The notes beneath the pieces are model-generated. The model made no database searches, was not told where the DNA came from, and saw only the letters and a list, made by a program, of their open reading frames with translations. Made by a program: the position numbers and the translations under genes. Shown here one piece after another: positions 47,310 to 57,414 of a DNA stretch of 64,000 nucleotides. Location: NCBI GenBank assembly GCA_038883655.1, contig JAVZLQ010000004.1:160001-224000 (forward strand), in the 5' to 3' direction. This DNA comes from Candidatus Bathyarchaeia archaeon. Lineage in GTDB: Archaea > Thermoproteota > Bathyarchaeia > Bathyarchaeales > Bathycorpusculaceae. The first letter of the stretch is position 1, and every line of letters starts with the position of its first letter.

Positions 47310-48192
47310 TCTTATGCTCCTTTAGGGCTTTACATATTAATGGCGCAAGTGAAACCTTGCTAACCGGGCTTGGGACGCTATCTGTGCCAACTATTCCATC
47401 AGCACCGCTCTCCATTATCCTTTTTTGGGCGTCTCCCATCAAAAGTGGATGCACACAAGCAGCATAGACTTTACGTGCACCTTGGCTTTTTGCATATTTT
47501 ACTGCTTTCGCCATGGTTCCGCCGCTGCTTATTATATCATCAAAAATTATCACGTCTCTGTTTTTGACGGGTATGGCTTTTTCTTCAAGCGTAACGTTTC
47601 CGCTTGTTATGTCTCTTTTTGTAGCGATGTAGTCGAAGCCGCCGTTTAGGATGTTGTTTGCTTCTGTTGCCATGCTTAACGCTTTTTTGCCAAGCGAAAG
47701 CGAAACGGGATTTTCCGCTAAACCTTCATTTTTGAAGTATTCAGCAAGCAGTGGAACAGCCGACAAGTCTACAACTGGAAGTTTGAAGGCTTTTAGTGTT
47801 GTTGGGCTGTGCGCGTTTACTGTTATAAGCTTGTCTACGCCGCAGTTTTCCAGCAGCTTCATGATTGTTTTTACGCTGAAGGCTTCGCCCTTCATGAACC
47901 TTTTATCTTGTCTCGCATAAGCGAAGTACGGTGCAACAACGGTTATGCTTTTTGCTTCCATGTCTTTGGCGTTGTCCGCCATGAGAAATAGCTGTATAAG
48001 CCTCTGGTCTTGCGGTGGACTTGTTGTCTGCACGATTACAACGTCTTCGTTTTTCAAGGTTTCTGTTTCGAAGCGTATGTAGGATTCGCCGTCTGGAAAA
48101 GTTTTGAAGGTTACTGGAACGGTTTCGACTTTTAGTGTTTGCGCTATTTTTTCGCCCAGCTCCTTCGAGGCTGGTCCAGGTATTATCTTCAT
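47302..48192 (-). CDS. prs: Ribose-phosphate pyrophosphokinase
   Basis: FPDGE, PYFAYARQD, DDIISSGGT. Confidence 0.95.
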   Translation of the reverse strand: MKIIPGPASKELGEKIAQTLKVETVPVTFKTFPDGESYIRFETETLKNEDVVIVQTTSPPQDQRLIQLFLMADNAKDMEAKSITVVAPYFAYARQDKRFMKGEAFSVKTIMKLLENCGVDKLITVNAHSPTTLKAFKLPVVDLSAVPLLAEYFKNEGLAENPVSLSLGKKALSMATEANNILNGGFDYIATKRDITSGNVTLEEKAIPVKNRDVIIFDDIISSGGTMAKAVKYAKSQGARKVYAACVHPLLMGDAQKRIMESGADGIVGTDSVPSPVSKVSLAPLICKALKEHKSG

Positions 48193-48232
48193 CTTCTACA
48201 GTCTTCCAAGATTGCTTTGAATTCGCACAAGT

Positions 48233-49510
48233 TTATGTCTTTCCAGAGGCTTTAAGTTGTTCTATTATTTCTTTGGCTCTGTCCATGCGGATTTTGCGTT
48301 CTTCAACCATCTTTTCGGCAACCAAGTCTATGAGTTCGCCAGTTGCGCCCGCGGCTATGGCTATGTTTCTTGCGTGAAGCGACATGTGTCCGCGTTGTAT
48401 GCCTTCATGTGCCAAGGCTCGTAATGCGCCTAGGTTTTGGGCTAAACCAACCGCGGCGAGCACTTCTGCGAATTCGTTTGCCGTTTTTACTCCGAGTATT
48501 TTTAGGGCTATGCGCGCTATTGGATGTGTTCGCACCGCACCGCCTATTAGGCCGACTGCCATCGGCAACTCGATAGAGCCCACCAAATCGCCGTTTTCGT
48601 TCTTCTCCCAAGTGGAAAGCGTCGTGTATTGCCCGTTTCTTGCGGCATAAGCGTGTGCGCCAGCCTCGATTGCACGGTGGTCGTTGCATGTGGCAATTAC
48701 CACGGCGATTATGCCATTCATTATACCCTTATTGTGCGTAGCCGCCCGATAGGGGTCTGCAGCGGCAAAAGCCCAAGCGTTCACTATGCCGTCTACGACC
48801 TCTTCTCCGCCAACAGCCTCTTTTGGCACGGTGCACCATGCCCTTGCCAAACGCTTGACAGCCAAATTGGAGATAATCCGCAAGTAAACGCGTCCGCCAG
48901 TTATGCGCTCTATTAGTGGCGCGACAGCCTCGCACATTGTGTTTACAGCGTTAGCGCCCATGGCATCTCGGCAGTCCACATGCAACTCCGTAATAACCAT
49001 TGGTCCTTGCGTTGTATGTATGACTTTTGCGTCTAGGTCTTTTGCTCCACCACCCACTGAAACCAAAACTGGGTCTTGGTCGTTTGCCTTCTTCAAAATT
49101 TCCTCTTTTGCCTCTAATACGCGCAGCCTAGCCGCGTAAGGGTCTTTTATGCCGACCGCTTGAACTTGCCCAATCATGATTGGAGGCGTACTACTTGCAT
49201 AGAAGCCTCCGCCGTCGCGTGCCATCTTCGCCGCGTAACTCGCAGCAGCCACGACGGAAGGCTCTTCAATAGCCATTGGAATAAGGTAGTCGCGTTTGTT
49301 TATGAGGAAGTTGACGGCTATGCCAAGCGGAACTGGAATGGCGCCAACAACATTCTCAATCATACGGTCAGCCAAATCTAGGGGCAGACTACCAGTATTC
49401 TGCAGTAAGGCGGCTTCCTCGTCCGTTAAGCCAGCAAACTCCTTAACAAAAGCCAAACGCTCCTTTAAGCTAAGCTTGTAGAAACCCGAAACCAAAGACG
49501 ACTTACTCAT
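48233..49510 (-). CDS. mvaA: HMG-CoA reductase, class II
   Basis: ENVVG, EEPSVVAAAS, DAMGAN, THNKG, EGIQRGHM; ATG 49510. Confidence 0.93.
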   Translation of the reverse strand: MSKSSLVSGFYKLSLKERLAFVKEFAGLTDEEAALLQNTGSLPLDLADRMIENVVGAIPVPLGIAVNFLINKRDYLIPMAIEEPSVVAAASYAAKMARDGGGFYASSTPPIMIGQVQAVGIKDPYAARLRVLEAKEEILKKANDQDPVLVSVGGGAKDLDAKVIHTTQGPMVITELHVDCRDAMGANAVNTMCEAVAPLIERITGGRVYLRIISNLAVKRLARAWCTVPKEAVGGEEVVDGIVNAWAFAAADPYRAATHNKGIMNGIIAVVIATCNDHRAIEAGAHAYAARNGQYTTLSTWEKNENGDLVGSIELPMAVGLIGGAVRTHPIARIALKILGVKTANEFAEVLAAVGLAQNLGALRALAHEGIQRGHMSLHARNIAIAAGATGELIDLVAEKMVEERKIRMDRAKEIIEQLKASGKT

Positions 49511-49629
49511 TTTCACCACTCTTTTTGTTAATGATTTCGAGTAACAGCAATGCACCCTTCTACTTTTAAACTTTAGCAAAATACACGCTTTCGAAATATG
49601 CGATTTGCGTTTTCAGCTTTGTTCCCGAA

Positions 49630-50037
49630 TTATTTTGTTTGCGGGGTGGCGTCACTTAAATTTGAAGTTTTAACGTGTGTTGCGATTTTTCTTAGGAGTT
49701 GAGGGTCTTCAGTTATGAGTGTTAAATTTTTCACTTGAGCAGTGTAGACGTATGCTGCGTCATAAAATGTTATTTTAAGTTTTGCTGCTGCTTGCAGTAT
49801 TTCTCGTTCACTACAGTCTATTTGTACGATTTCCATGGTGTTCAAGGTTTGTTTTATTATTTTTGCGAGAATTTCAATCTCTTGTTCTGTGGCTTTTGCC
49901 TGAAGCACAAAGTTTTTCCATAATATGTTTCCCAACTCATACCTCGCCAATTCCAATGTGCAATTTCCAACAAGAGTTTCGATTTTGTTCTCTTTTATGG
50001 CTTTAAATATGGCTGACGAATCAAAAAGGTATTTCAT
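49630..50037 (-). CDS. vapC: VapC PIN-domain toxin
   Basis: LFDSSA, YELGN, TFYDAAY, LITED. Confidence 0.9.
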   Translation of the reverse strand: MKYLFDSSAIFKAIKENKIETLVGNCTLELARYELGNILWKNFVLQAKATEQEIEILAKIIKQTLNTMEIVQIDCSEREILQAAAKLKITFYDAAYVYTAQVKNLTLITEDPQLLRKIATHVKTSNLSDATPQTK

Positions 50038-50264
50038 CTACGCATTCTATCCTCTCTTATGCCTTTTACAATTTCTTCCATGCTTACCCTGTCAAGAACT
50101 GGCTTCAGCCTCTCTATCTCCTCTCTGAGTCTTTCAGCCTCTCTCCTCTTAATTTCATCTTCTATGGCTTTTTTCAAAAGTTTTGAAGGTTTAATTTTTA
50201 GTTCCTTCATTTTTTCTTTAACTTCTTTAGGAATTTTAATGGAAACCGTAGTATACTTACTCAA
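50034..50264 (-). CDS. vapB: VapB-type ribbon-helix-helix antitoxin
   Basis: TTVSIKIP...IREDR; overlaps the vapC start; probable TTG start at 50264. Confidence 0.85.
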   Translation of the reverse strand: MSKYTTVSIKIPKEVKEKMKELKIKPSKLLKKAIEDEIKRREAERLREEIERLKPVLDRVSMEEIVKGIREDRMRR

Positions 50265-50382
50265 ATTCCCACCAAGAAGTAATACCAATAACAAAAAATA
50301 AAAGTTTTCCTGTATCCATCTAACTGTTATCGTTAAAGCAATACTTAAACGAATCCTGAACTTAAAAATAAAAAAGGGGAAT

Positions 50383-50907
50383 TTATGCTGCTGGCCAGTA
50401 TTCTACTTGAACTTTGAAGTTTCTAGTTATGTCATTTGTAATAGCTTTTACCTCGATTGTAAAGCGCAAGTATACACCTTGTTCTAGCGTATTGGAAGAG
50501 TAATCAGTGGAGCTTGTTAGATCAAGAGTGTCGCGGTAGTTCCAGCTTCCAGACTGGTTGTCATAGATATGTATCTTTGCTATTTCAAATTCAGAACTTT
50601 GAAGTGCTTGCGAAACGGTTATTTTGTAGTTAAAGGTTTCGGAAGATGTGCTATTATTCTTTAGGTATAATGCTCTAGTAAAGTTCATAGCAGTTGCATT
50701 CTCCACGTTTAAACTTATACTGGCTGTGGCACCAATAATTACGGCGTCAGCATCTTCACCTTTTAACCATATAAGCTTTGGAGCCCCAACGGTTATGGAG
50801 CCTTCAATATACATATATCGATATACTTCCGCGCTAACTGTTGCTATGAGTAGTGATGTTATTAGCAATGTTGTCAGTTTTAGTATTTTCTTTATGTTTG
50901 TTTTCAT
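50383..50907 (-). CDS. Secreted beta-rich protein
   Basis: Signal peptide ending VSA; several N-x-S/T sequons; alternating beta-strand pattern. Confidence 0.7.
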   Translation of the reverse strand: MKTNIKKILKLTTLLITSLLIATVSAEVYRYMYIEGSITVGAPKLIWLKGEDADAVIIGATASISLNVENATAMNFTRALYLKNNSTSSETFNYKITVSQALQSSEFEIAKIHIYDNQSGSWNYRDTLDLTSSTDYSSNTLEQGVYLRFTIEVKAITNDITRNFKVQVEYWPAA

Positions 50908-51611
50908 TTTGTTGTTTCACCTCCTTTTCTCCTTTTTCTTTCTTTTAGGGTTTCTATCCATATTCTTGCGAGTACGTAGATGCTTACTCCTAGGACTAGG
51001 ATGCAGGCCAATGCTAGGGCTATGGCGGATATCACGAAGGCCGCCGCTCCCCACGAAGGCTTAACAAGAACGTATATGCTTGAGCCGATTATCGCTGCGC
51101 CTGCACCCAGGGCAATGTACCACCATTTCGGCTTGAAGAACACGTACGTGCCCACTCCCACTACAAGCGTGTCAAACGCCACTATGCCTATGAAAGTGGT
51201 TTCCCAAGAAAGCGTTGGAAACATAACCAGTGGATGCGTGGCAATTTCAGTGTAGTTTGTTACGAAGAAGGCGGAAAGTGTTACGGCTGGAAATGTTACT
51301 GTGAACATGAAGACTTTCGCGTATGCAATCAACTTCTTTATTATGCCAAGATACGCGTTTATGGCGACGATGTTTGCTAATGCCACGATTAGGTAGAGGA
51401 GGCTTCCCCAGAAGCGCATGTACTCGCCGAACATCGCCATAAACTCGCGGTTTATGAGCAACTGTCCAAAACCAGCCAAAGCCGCCAATTGATACACGTA
51501 GGGCAACTGCCATGGAAAATGTTTGTCCAGTAGACATGTCAATAGGCTTATCGCTAGAAAGAGGTCTATGCCCAACAGTGCGAAGAACTCTGGTTGTAGT
51601 GGGGAGGGCAT
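50904..51611 (-). CDS. Polytopic membrane protein (about 7 TM), function unknown
   Basis: Highly hydrophobic with a basic C-terminus; overlaps the start of the downstream gene. Confidence 0.72.
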   Translation of the reverse strand: MPSPLQPEFFALLGIDLFLAISLLTCLLDKHFPWQLPYVYQLAALAGFGQLLINREFMAMFGEYMRFWGSLLYLIVALANIVAINAYLGIIKKLIAYAKVFMFTVTFPAVTLSAFFVTNYTEIATHPLVMFPTLSWETTFIGIVAFDTLVVGVGTYVFFKPKWWYIALGAGAAIIGSSIYVLVKPSWGAAAFVISAIALALACILVLGVSIYVLARIWIETLKERKRRKGGETTK

Positions 51612-51659
51612 TTTGGATTCGCACTCGGAATGTCTTGTTTCTGCTTATTTAAGATATGT

Positions 51660-51684
51660 GAATTCGGAATCTAAATCCGAATTC
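51660..51684. promoter_or_regulatory. Perfect 9-bp inverted repeat upstream of the membrane/secreted gene pair
   Basis: GAATTCGGA-ATCTAAA-TCCGAATTC just upstream of a minus-strand TTAAATA box. Confidence 0.45.
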
Positions 51685-51758
51685 TACAATAAAACGGAGC
51701 GCAGAAGAAAATAAATCTTTTGTCGTAATATTTGCTACACTATGCTTGTCACGCAAAC

Positions 51759-52769
51759 CTAACGCCTAGGCAAAGCCACAGCAGAAACCCCAAAACGCTT
51801 TCTAATTTCCCTAGCCAAAGTTTCAGCATAACCAACTCGAAAATTGTCCGTAACAACAAAATTCGGTTTGGAACGTCTAACATACTCCATCAAACCGTCA
51901 AAATCTGAATGGTCGCTCAAGGCAATAATATACTCTCTTTCGGAAATTTCGCGGCAAGGCAAATCAAATTCCCAACCACTCACATAAACCCTAAAACAGT
52001 TACTGCTAAACCTGTCCCGCGAGTTCATATGATAAAAGGCAACGCAGGGCAAGTTCTTCTCAAGCAATTCTCTCGCTTCCCTCTCTTCAGAGAGGATTAA
52101 ACGTCCAAGGCGCATGCCATGCTTTTCGCATATTCTGGAAAAATGAAAAACCCTCTCGGGAACAACAAAAGGCGCCTTAACGTTCGCACTGTGCAAAATT
52201 TGCATTGCCTCTTGAAGCTTACCATGATAACCAAAAACATAAACCGCGCCGCTTTTTAGTCCTTCCTCAACAATCGAAACAAGCAAATCCCTAACATCCA
52301 TGTCAAAAGAGCGCCTACAGCTCGGACTTCCATAAGTCGCCTCCATGACGAGGACGTCAGCCTCCAAAACTGGAGTTTCATCAATCCTAAAATCCCCAGT
52401 ATAAACAATCCTTGTTCCCTCAGCGTCCTCAACAAGCACCTGCGCCGCGCCAAGTATGTGATCCGCTTTAAAGAAGGTTATCCGCTCCTCCTCGTACTGC
52501 AAAGTTTCACCATAATCGTGCGCTTCGATAAACCCGCTCATAAGAAAAAGCGGACTTTTCATAACGTCAATCAAATCTTTCGTAGCAGGGGTCATCAAAA
52601 CCTTCTCACATGTTCTTAGGCTTTGTTGCAGTCCAACCATATGGTCGGCATGCGCGTGGGTTACAACCCTTAACGGTTTAGTTTCTTCGTTGGCATCGCA
52701 CGCCACGTAGCTTCCAAGTAAGATGGCTCCGCGAGGCGTTATTGTAGCTTTTGAGGACAACGTCAGCAC
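51759..52769 (-). CDS. Metallo-beta-lactamase/beta-CASP-like nuclease
   Basis: THAHADH, HILGAAQ, YTGDF, EATYG, LSDHSDF. Confidence 0.88.
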   Translation of the reverse strand: MLTLSSKATITPRGAILLGSYVACDANEETKPLRVVTHAHADHMVGLQQSLRTCEKVLMTPATKDLIDVMKSPLFLMSGFIEAHDYGETLQYEEERITFFKADHILGAAQVLVEDAEGTRIVYTGDFRIDETPVLEADVLVMEATYGSPSCRRSFDMDVRDLLVSIVEEGLKSGAVYVFGYHGKLQEAMQILHSANVKAPFVVPERVFHFSRICEKHGMRLGRLILSEEREARELLEKNLPCVAFYHMNSRDRFSSNCFRVYVSGWEFDLPCREISEREYIIALSDHSDFDGLMEYVRRSKPNFVVTDNFRVGYAETLAREIRKRFGVSAVALPRR

Positions 52770-52843
52770 CGTTCACAAGAAAATCATTGATTAAGTTGCA
52801 ATAAACTTTACCCTTCACTTGTAAACTCACTTCATAATCTTCT

Positions 52844-53239
52844 TTATTTTGAGACAAGCCACGCAATTAGTTCTCTCGGATCGGCGCATTCTATTCTAAC
52901 CCTTATCGGTCCCAACGGTGATTCAGCGGTTTCCTTGGAAAATGAAATGTGCCCAGCAAAAGCGGCTTGCTTGTTTAAGCAGAAGTTTATGGTTCTCTCA
53001 TTCAATCCCTCAAGGAAGACGCTTCTCGCAGCGTCGCGTATGCGTTCTCTTCGCAGCAAATTGTAAAGCTTTGTAAGCGCCTCAAGTCCACTAGCCTCGC
53101 CAATCAGCGTAATTCCCCTACGCGACGGTTTTGATCGGAATGTTAAACCTCCAAAAATGTTTTCAACAGCGCGTTTAACTTTGGCTTCATCCTCTGTTGG
53201 ATTAACCTCGACTTCAACAAAAACTTTTACTTCATCCAT
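52844..53239 (-). CDS. UPF0201/DUF54 RNA-binding protein
   Basis: PTEDEAKVKRAVENIF, IRDAAR, LNKQAA, SPLGPI. Confidence 0.88.
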   Translation of the reverse strand: MDEVKVFVEVEVNPTEDEAKVKRAVENIFGGLTFRSKPSRRGITLIGEASGLEALTKLYNLLRRERIRDAARSVFLEGLNERTINFCLNKQAAFAGHISFSKETAESPLGPIRVRIECADPRELIAWLVSK

Positions 53240-53793
53240 TGCTCTTCAACCTTCCTCAAAACCTCAGCAATCTGCTGCTTAACAGCCTTCAATGAACACT
53301 CATTATCTATAGTATAATCAGCTTTGGCTATGGCTTCTCCAAGCCCAACTAAGAGTTCACGCTCATCCCTTTCACTGAATATTTCCCAGTTTTTCGGGTC
53401 GTCGCTCCTCTTACGGCAATATAAACGTTTAAACCTTGTTTCTGGAGACGCCTTGATGGCAATTAACGTGAACTTTTGAAAATGCCTCTTGAACTCCTCA
53501 ACTTCCGCCATACTCCTTACGCCGTCAACTATGACCTTCTCCCTTTTCGATTCCATAATTCTTGGTATGCATCGCTTCGCTATTACACTGTTTCCCTCTT
53601 GAAGCCTCAACTCAATCATAACCTTTCCAAGATGCTCAGGCGCGCATTCCAAACCCCTCCTACGCACTTCCTCCCTCACAACATCACCCATAACAACAAC
53701 ATCGTAACCCATTCCCTTCGCAACATCAACGACAACGGATTTCCCAGCGCCTGGCATGCCTGCAACACCGACAACAAGCTTATCTACTACCAT
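53227..53793 (-). CDS. UPF0200 P-loop kinase (dephospho-CoA kinase-like)
   Basis: GMPGAGKS, MGDVVR, DGVRS, RSDD, RDEREL. Confidence 0.88.
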   Translation of the reverse strand: MVVDKLVVGVAGMPGAGKSVVVDVAKGMGYDVVVMGDVVREEVRRRGLECAPEHLGKVMIELRLQEGNSVIAKRCIPRIMESKREKVIVDGVRSMAEVEEFKRHFQKFTLIAIKASPETRFKRLYCRKRSDDPKNWEIFSERDERELLVGLGEAIAKADYTIDNECSLKAVKQQIAEVLRKVEEQWMK

Positions 53794-53894
53794 TGTGAAT
53801 CACGTTGAATTTGGATTTAACTGGCTATTAAGTGCTCTTTTATGTTAAAAGCATTTATGGAAAAGCCTACAGAGAATATGCGAAGGAATGACAA

Positions 53895-54464
53895 ATGCCA
53901 GAAACCATTAGGAGCTTTATAGCCTTCGACATAGAAGATGAGGCTATTCTTAAAAGAATCAGTGATGTGCAAAAATTGTTGTTGGAAACTGGCGCTGATT
54001 TGAAGCTTGTTGAACCAAGAAACATTCACATAACAATAAGATTTCTCGGCAACATAACAAGCGCCACTGTCGAAAAAATTGGTGAAGAACTTAAGAAAGT
54101 GCAGTTTACGCCCTTCAACGTCAAAATAAGCGGGGTCGGCGCTTTTCCGAACATGCATCATCCGCGCGTTCTATGGGCTGGAATAACAGAGGGCGCGCTT
54201 CAACTGAAAGATATCTTTAACCAGATTGAGCCGCGTTTACGTAGTTTGGGTTTTGCGCCAGACCCGAAGGGTTTTAGCCCACACTTAACAATTGCAAGAG
54301 TGAAGTCTGGAAGAAACAAGGCAGAACTGGCTAAATGCATAAACCAAAACATAAATTATGATTTTGGAACAGTAAGGGCAGCTTGTTTAAGGCTGAAGCG
54401 AAGCGACCTAACACCAAAAGGACCAATATACTCAACCCTTAAGGAGCATTGTCCACAAAAATAG
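53895..54464 (+). CDS. thpR: RNA 2',3'-cyclic phosphodiesterase (2H family)
   Basis: RSFIA, HITIRFLG, PHLTIAR, GPIY. Confidence 0.93.
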   Translation: MPETIRSFIAFDIEDEAILKRISDVQKLLLETGADLKLVEPRNIHITIRFLGNITSATVEKIGEELKKVQFTPFNVKISGVGAFPNMHHPRVLWAGITEGALQLKDIFNQIEPRLRSLGFAPDPKGFSPHLTIARVKSGRNKAELAKCINQNINYDFGTVRAACLRLKRSDLTPKGPIYSTLKEHCPQK

Positions 54465-54483
54465 ACGGAGCAAGGGCGAGTGC

Positions 54484-55908
54484 ATGCGAGAAAAAATCGA
54501 AAAAATCCTTAAAGCGGTTTTAGAGCGAATAACACCTAAAAAGCGAGAACGCGAAAAAATTGAAGCTTTAGCAGAAAAACTTGAGCGAAAAGTTGTTTCG
54601 GCATGCAAAGTTTTAGGCGTAAACGCCACTGTACGACTTGAGGGTTCTGTTGCAAAAGACACATGGCTCAGTGAGGAGCCAGACATCGATATTTTCATGC
54701 GTGTTCCAACATCAATCCCGCGAAAGTCGCTTGGCGAGGTCTGTCTAAAAGTGGCTAGAAAAGCAACAGAAGGCGCGAAGCAGATCGAAAGGTTTGCTGA
54801 ACACCCATATCTCGAGGCGATTGTTGAGGGCGTAAGAGTTAATATCGTGCCATGTTATGATGTGAAACGCGGTGAGTGGTTAAGCGCCACGGATAGGACA
54901 CCATACCACACAGATTACATTAAAAAGCATTTATCAGCGAAAATGCGTGATGAAGTGCGCTTGCTGAAGAAGTTTATGAAGGGCATAGGCGTTTATGGTG
55001 CTGAAATAAAAGTCGGCGGCTTCAGCGGCTACCTATGCGAACTCTTAATCTTACACCATAAAAGTTTCATTGACACTTTGAGGGCGTTCGCAGAAGCAAA
55101 ACAACGCCTCATCATAGACATCGAAAACTATTATAGAGAAAGGCAAGACGAGCTTGTGCTTCTTTTTCCAGAACCACTAATACTCGTAGACCCGGTTGAT
55201 AAAGGAAGAAACGTGGCTTCCGCCGTACAACCACAAAAACTTTACACGCTTATTGCAGCGTCCAGAAGCTTCCTAAAAAATCCAAGCATAGGCTTCTTTT
55301 ATCCACCAGAAAAACAAGCATTAACCATTAGAGAACTTAAGGAAGAATTTAGAAAGCGCGGTTCAGCAACAATCTTCATAACGTTTGGAAAGGTTGACGC
55401 CGTGCCAGATGTTTTATGGGGACAACTCTACAAGACACAACGTTCGCTAGGCAAATTGCTTCAGCTCAACGACTTCAAGGTTTTGAGGCAAACCGCATGG
55501 AGCGACGAAAAAACGCTTAACACATTCATATTCGAACTTGAACAGCAAACCCTACCGCAAACAAAGAAACATTTGGGACCGCCAATGGAGAAGACAAGAG
55601 AATGCGAAAACTTTCTCAAAAAATACGTTGAAAACGTGGAAACTATATCTGGACCCTACATTGAAGATGGAAGATGGGTTGTCGAAATTCGAAGAAGGTG
55701 CACAGATGCTGTTTCTTTGCTCAAGGAAAAACTAAAGGACGGTGGAAGGAGCGCTGGCGTCGCAGAAGAAATCTCAAAGAAAATGCGCGAAGAACTTAAA
55801 ATCCTTGTTAACGATGAAATAGCAGATATTTACACTCGAAACAAGGAATTTGCAAAGTTCTTAACAGATTTTCTTTCAGGCAAGCCGCATTGGTTAGAAG
55901 CCGCTTAA
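54484..55908 (+). CDS. cca: Archaeal class I CCA-adding enzyme
   Basis: GSVAKDTWL..DIDIF, AEHPY, DRTPYH, GFSGYLCEL, DPVD..RNVA. Confidence 0.95.
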   Translation: MREKIEKILKAVLERITPKKREREKIEALAEKLERKVVSACKVLGVNATVRLEGSVAKDTWLSEEPDIDIFMRVPTSIPRKSLGEVCLKVARKATEGAKQIERFAEHPYLEAIVEGVRVNIVPCYDVKRGEWLSATDRTPYHTDYIKKHLSAKMRDEVRLLKKFMKGIGVYGAEIKVGGFSGYLCELLILHHKSFIDTLRAFAEAKQRLIIDIENYYRERQDELVLLFPEPLILVDPVDKGRNVASAVQPQKLYTLIAASRSFLKNPSIGFFYPPEKQALTIRELKEEFRKRGSATIFITFGKVDAVPDVLWGQLYKTQRSLGKLLQLNDFKVLRQTAWSDEKTLNTFIFELEQQTLPQTKKHLGPPMEKTRECENFLKKYVENVETISGPYIEDGRWVVEIRRRCTDAVSLLKEKLKDGGRSAGVAEEISKKMREELKILVNDEIADIYTRNKEFAKFLTDFLSGKPHWLEAA

Positions 55909-56736
55909 ACTAAATGCAGCAAATATCACGCCAATAAGCCAACAGTAAAACGCGAAAAAGTGAAATTTCTTAACTGCCAAAGTTTTCCAGAGAATTTTCA
56001 GAGCAAAGTATCCAACAAACATCGACACAATAACGCCTGCAAGAATTTCTGTTAAACCCAAACCTGCAGATGCCAACGCACCATATTCCGTATAAAAGGT
56101 GTAGCCTATAGCGCCAATAACCGCTGGGATTGAGAGCAGAAAGGAGAATTTGAAGGCTTTTTCGCGTTTTAAACCTAATAGAAGCGCCGCCGCAATTGTT
56201 AGTCCGCTCCTTGAAAGCCCTGGGATTATGGCCATGCCCTCTGCAACGCCTACTACAATCGCTGTTGAAAAGCGTATTTCGTCTTTTTCCTCCTTTCCCA
56301 TTTTCGAAAAATAGAGCATGACTCCGCATAGTATAAAAGAGGCTGCAATTAGCGTGAAATTTTGTGCCACCTGCTTTTCTGCAGTCTCTTCTAGGAGAAG
56401 ACCAACCGCTATGGCGGGTATTGTTCCAACAATAATTAACGGCACAAGTTTCCCATTCTCCGTTTTAAAGTCTAACCTTACAAGCGCATGTAACATTTCT
56501 TTAATTTCCCTTCTAAAAAATAACATTACAACAGCAAGTGTTCCAATGTGGAGAGCAAAATCAAAAACAAGCGAGTCTTCTGGAGATGAAAACTGAAGAA
56601 AGCGTTCAACCACCTTCAAATGTCCAGTGCTTGAAATTGGAAGCCACTCGGTAAAACCTTGAATCAACCCGAGAATCACTGTTTTTATAAGCTGTTCCAA
56701 CCACGGCAAATGCTTCAGCCCACATCTCTTTTTCAC
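55894..56736 (-). CDS. uppP: Polyprenyl-diphosphate phosphatase (UppP/BacA)
   Basis: QGFTEWLPISSTGH, PGLSRSG, FSFLLSIP. Confidence 0.92.
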   Translation of the reverse strand: MKKRCGLKHLPWLEQLIKTVILGLIQGFTEWLPISSTGHLKVVERFLQFSSPEDSLVFDFALHIGTLAVVMLFFRREIKEMLHALVRLDFKTENGKLVPLIIVGTIPAIAVGLLLEETAEKQVAQNFTLIAASFILCGVMLYFSKMGKEEKDEIRFSTAIVVGVAEGMAIIPGLSRSGLTIAAALLLGLKREKAFKFSFLLSIPAVIGAIGYTFYTEYGALASAGLGLTEILAGVIVSMFVGYFALKILWKTLAVKKFHFFAFYCWLIGVIFAAFSLSGF

Positions 56737-56788
56737 TATTTCTAGGTTAGGTTTAAAAGATTAACCAACAATAATTGTCGAATCTCGG

Positions 56789-57343
56789 GTGCACGGCATG
56801 AGTGAATATCCAAGTGGAAGCCGCGAAGACCGCGAAATGTTATCCAAAATGCCCATTGAAAAGCTTTTAGACATATTTTTCCTTCAAATTCGAAACCTAT
56901 GGAGGGTTGATGGACTATACTTTCTGGGAATAGAGAAAAAGTTTGGAACAGAAGCCGCCACAGAAATTGACGCTGGAGTTTGGGAAGCCATGGCTCAGAT
57001 TGAAGCGAAAAGCCTACAGAGAATGTTCAATGTTGGCGAAAGCCCCGACGTGCAAACGATAATGAATCTTTTGCGATTATCAAGTTGGGTTCTAGACCAG
57101 CCCTTCAAAACTGTCGAAGTAAGCAAAAATAGAGCTGTTTTAAGCATTGATAGGTGTAGAACCCAAGAGGCTCGTCGAAACAAGGGACTTGACGAATTTC
57201 CATGCAAGAAGGTGCGTTTTGGCTATCTCAAAAAATTCGCGGAAACGTTAAACCCAAAGGTTGAAGTGAAATGCCTAATTTGCCCACCAAACCAGCATCC
57301 AAAAGACTTGTGGTGCAAGTGGGAATTCAAAATGCGCTCATGA
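56789..57343 (+). CDS. DUF6125-like protein (V4R-related Cys-ligand domain)
   Basis: W..DGLYF..IE..FG..AA, CRTQEAR, FPC, C..CPP, WCKWEF. Confidence 0.75.
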   Translation: MHGMSEYPSGSREDREMLSKMPIEKLLDIFFLQIRNLWRVDGLYFLGIEKKFGTEAATEIDAGVWEAMAQIEAKSLQRMFNVGESPDVQTIMNLLRLSSWVLDQPFKTVEVSKNRAVLSIDRCRTQEARRNKGLDEFPCKKVRFGYLKKFAETLNPKVEVKCLICPPNQHPKDLWCKWEFKMRS

Positions 57344-57344
57344 T

Positions 57345-57414
57345 TTGCGCCGTCCCGATGACATAAACCATCAAAGTATTCTTCCTCATAATTACCATCG
57401 AGAGAACGGCGCAA
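57345..57414 (-). ncRNA. Candidate structured small RNA (about 70-nt hairpin)
   Basis: Terminal 9-bp stem TTGCGCCGT/ACGGCGCAA, inner CGATG/CATCG, and further G-U pairs only on the minus strand. A TATA-like TTTTAATA lies about 25 nt upstream. Confidence 0.35.

Noticed and set aside
57341-57414. SECIS element recoding the TGA of the DUF6125-like gene
   Set aside because: The plus strand has ATGA...AAA...GA words, but the required upper helix does not pair, and the TGA falls at the natural end of the domain.
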